From contig OZ316897.1 in assembly GCA_973895155.1 (NCBI GenBank), forward strand, positions 17,454,357-17,518,356: a stretch of DNA of 64,000 bases, given 5' to 3'. Origin of the DNA: Marsupella aquatica (Eukaryota > Plantae > Marchantiophyta). The position numbers were made by a program, and so were the translations under genes. The notes under the pieces are model-generated. The model was not told the DNA's origin. It did no database searches and saw only the letters and a program-made list of their open reading frames with translations. Below, in pieces: positions 63,156 to 64,000 of this stretch. Each line of letters opens with the position of its first letter. Positions within the stretch are counted from its first letter, which is position 1.

Positions 63156-64000
63156 CTCTGAATTCGATCCGCCTCCGCCACGGCAATACCTCAGTCCCGG
63201 TTGGAATTGCACAACTCGACACTGGGAGAGAATTCCGGTGCAGGGAAAAAAAACTTTATCCCTACATAAGGGTGCGGAGACATCAATACCTGACAAGCGG
63301 ACCTCATTCGATGTTCATTACAGTGCAATGTTGCAACCCATACCGTAGTAATGACTGTACAGGCAACATTGCTGTCACGATTTTCCTCTCCTTTATGCCG
63401 TGAAATTTGGCTTTGTCCTTGACGAAATCCCCGTTCGAAACTACGGAGTTGAAGCTAATGATAACTTGTACTTTTTTGTACCTTTTGAGCACTTTGCCAC
63501 TAAGATGTTCTAATCTGTCATTTTTTTTGTATTTGTAAAAATGTCACGATTTCTTGTATGAGTGACAAGTTTAGTAAAGTAACCAGGGCAACTATATACT
63601 AAAATTATGATATTTTTGTAAATAAAAAAAACACTGAAAAGATTGTGAATTCAAACATCTTTGGTGACAATATATTTAAAAGCTGACCTTTAAAATACAG
63701 AAACTTCCACCAACATTCATAAAAACAGGAAAAAACAAAGACAAGTACAATGAAAGCAAGAAAAAGAGGTCCAAAGAGGATGAACACCAAAGGAAAGAGA
63801 AAAGCAAATGCTATCCTAAACAAGGAAAATGGGTACAAGTGTTGTAGCTAATTATAACTTGTACCTTTAACATGGGTAAAAGTGTTGTAGCTAATGATAA
63901 CCGTTAGCTTTCAAAATGAGTACAAGTGTTTTGTATCACTTTGCAAAACAAAAGCTTTCAAACTTGAGGGACTTCTATAGCCACAATCCCAAGGGCTAGG

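Overview
Land-plant nuclear DNA with spliceosomal introns, probably a bryophyte such as a liverwort (inference). Apparently intact genes: a 2-exon CXE11/16-type carboxylesterase, a 9-exon KUP/HAK/KT K+ transporter with one GC-AG intron, an intronless A1 aspartic protease, a 3-exon Harbinger-derived ALP1/HARBI1-like gene with a broken DDE triad, and a 68-aa SMIM4/UQCC5-like microprotein just upstream of it. An intronless CHX antiporter lies head-to-head with the KUP gene and has a single frameshift. Pseudogenes: a deleted and frameshifted RNC1, two inverted germin remnants, and probable decayed TORNADO1-like LRR-Roc-COR copies. Mobile DNA: a full-length young Ty1/Copia element (35727-41225, TSD GTTGC), a solo LTR and several MITEs, one nested in another. 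Most notable: the Copia element carries an antisense ORF between pol and the 3' LTR that encodes a stand-alone RNase H1 hybrid-binding (Cauli_VI-type) domain, and its ATG could be created by splicing. The carboxylesterase 5' leader, including its start codon, is also present in four tandem copies, creating uORFs. All family calls come from motifs recognised by eye; no database searches were run.
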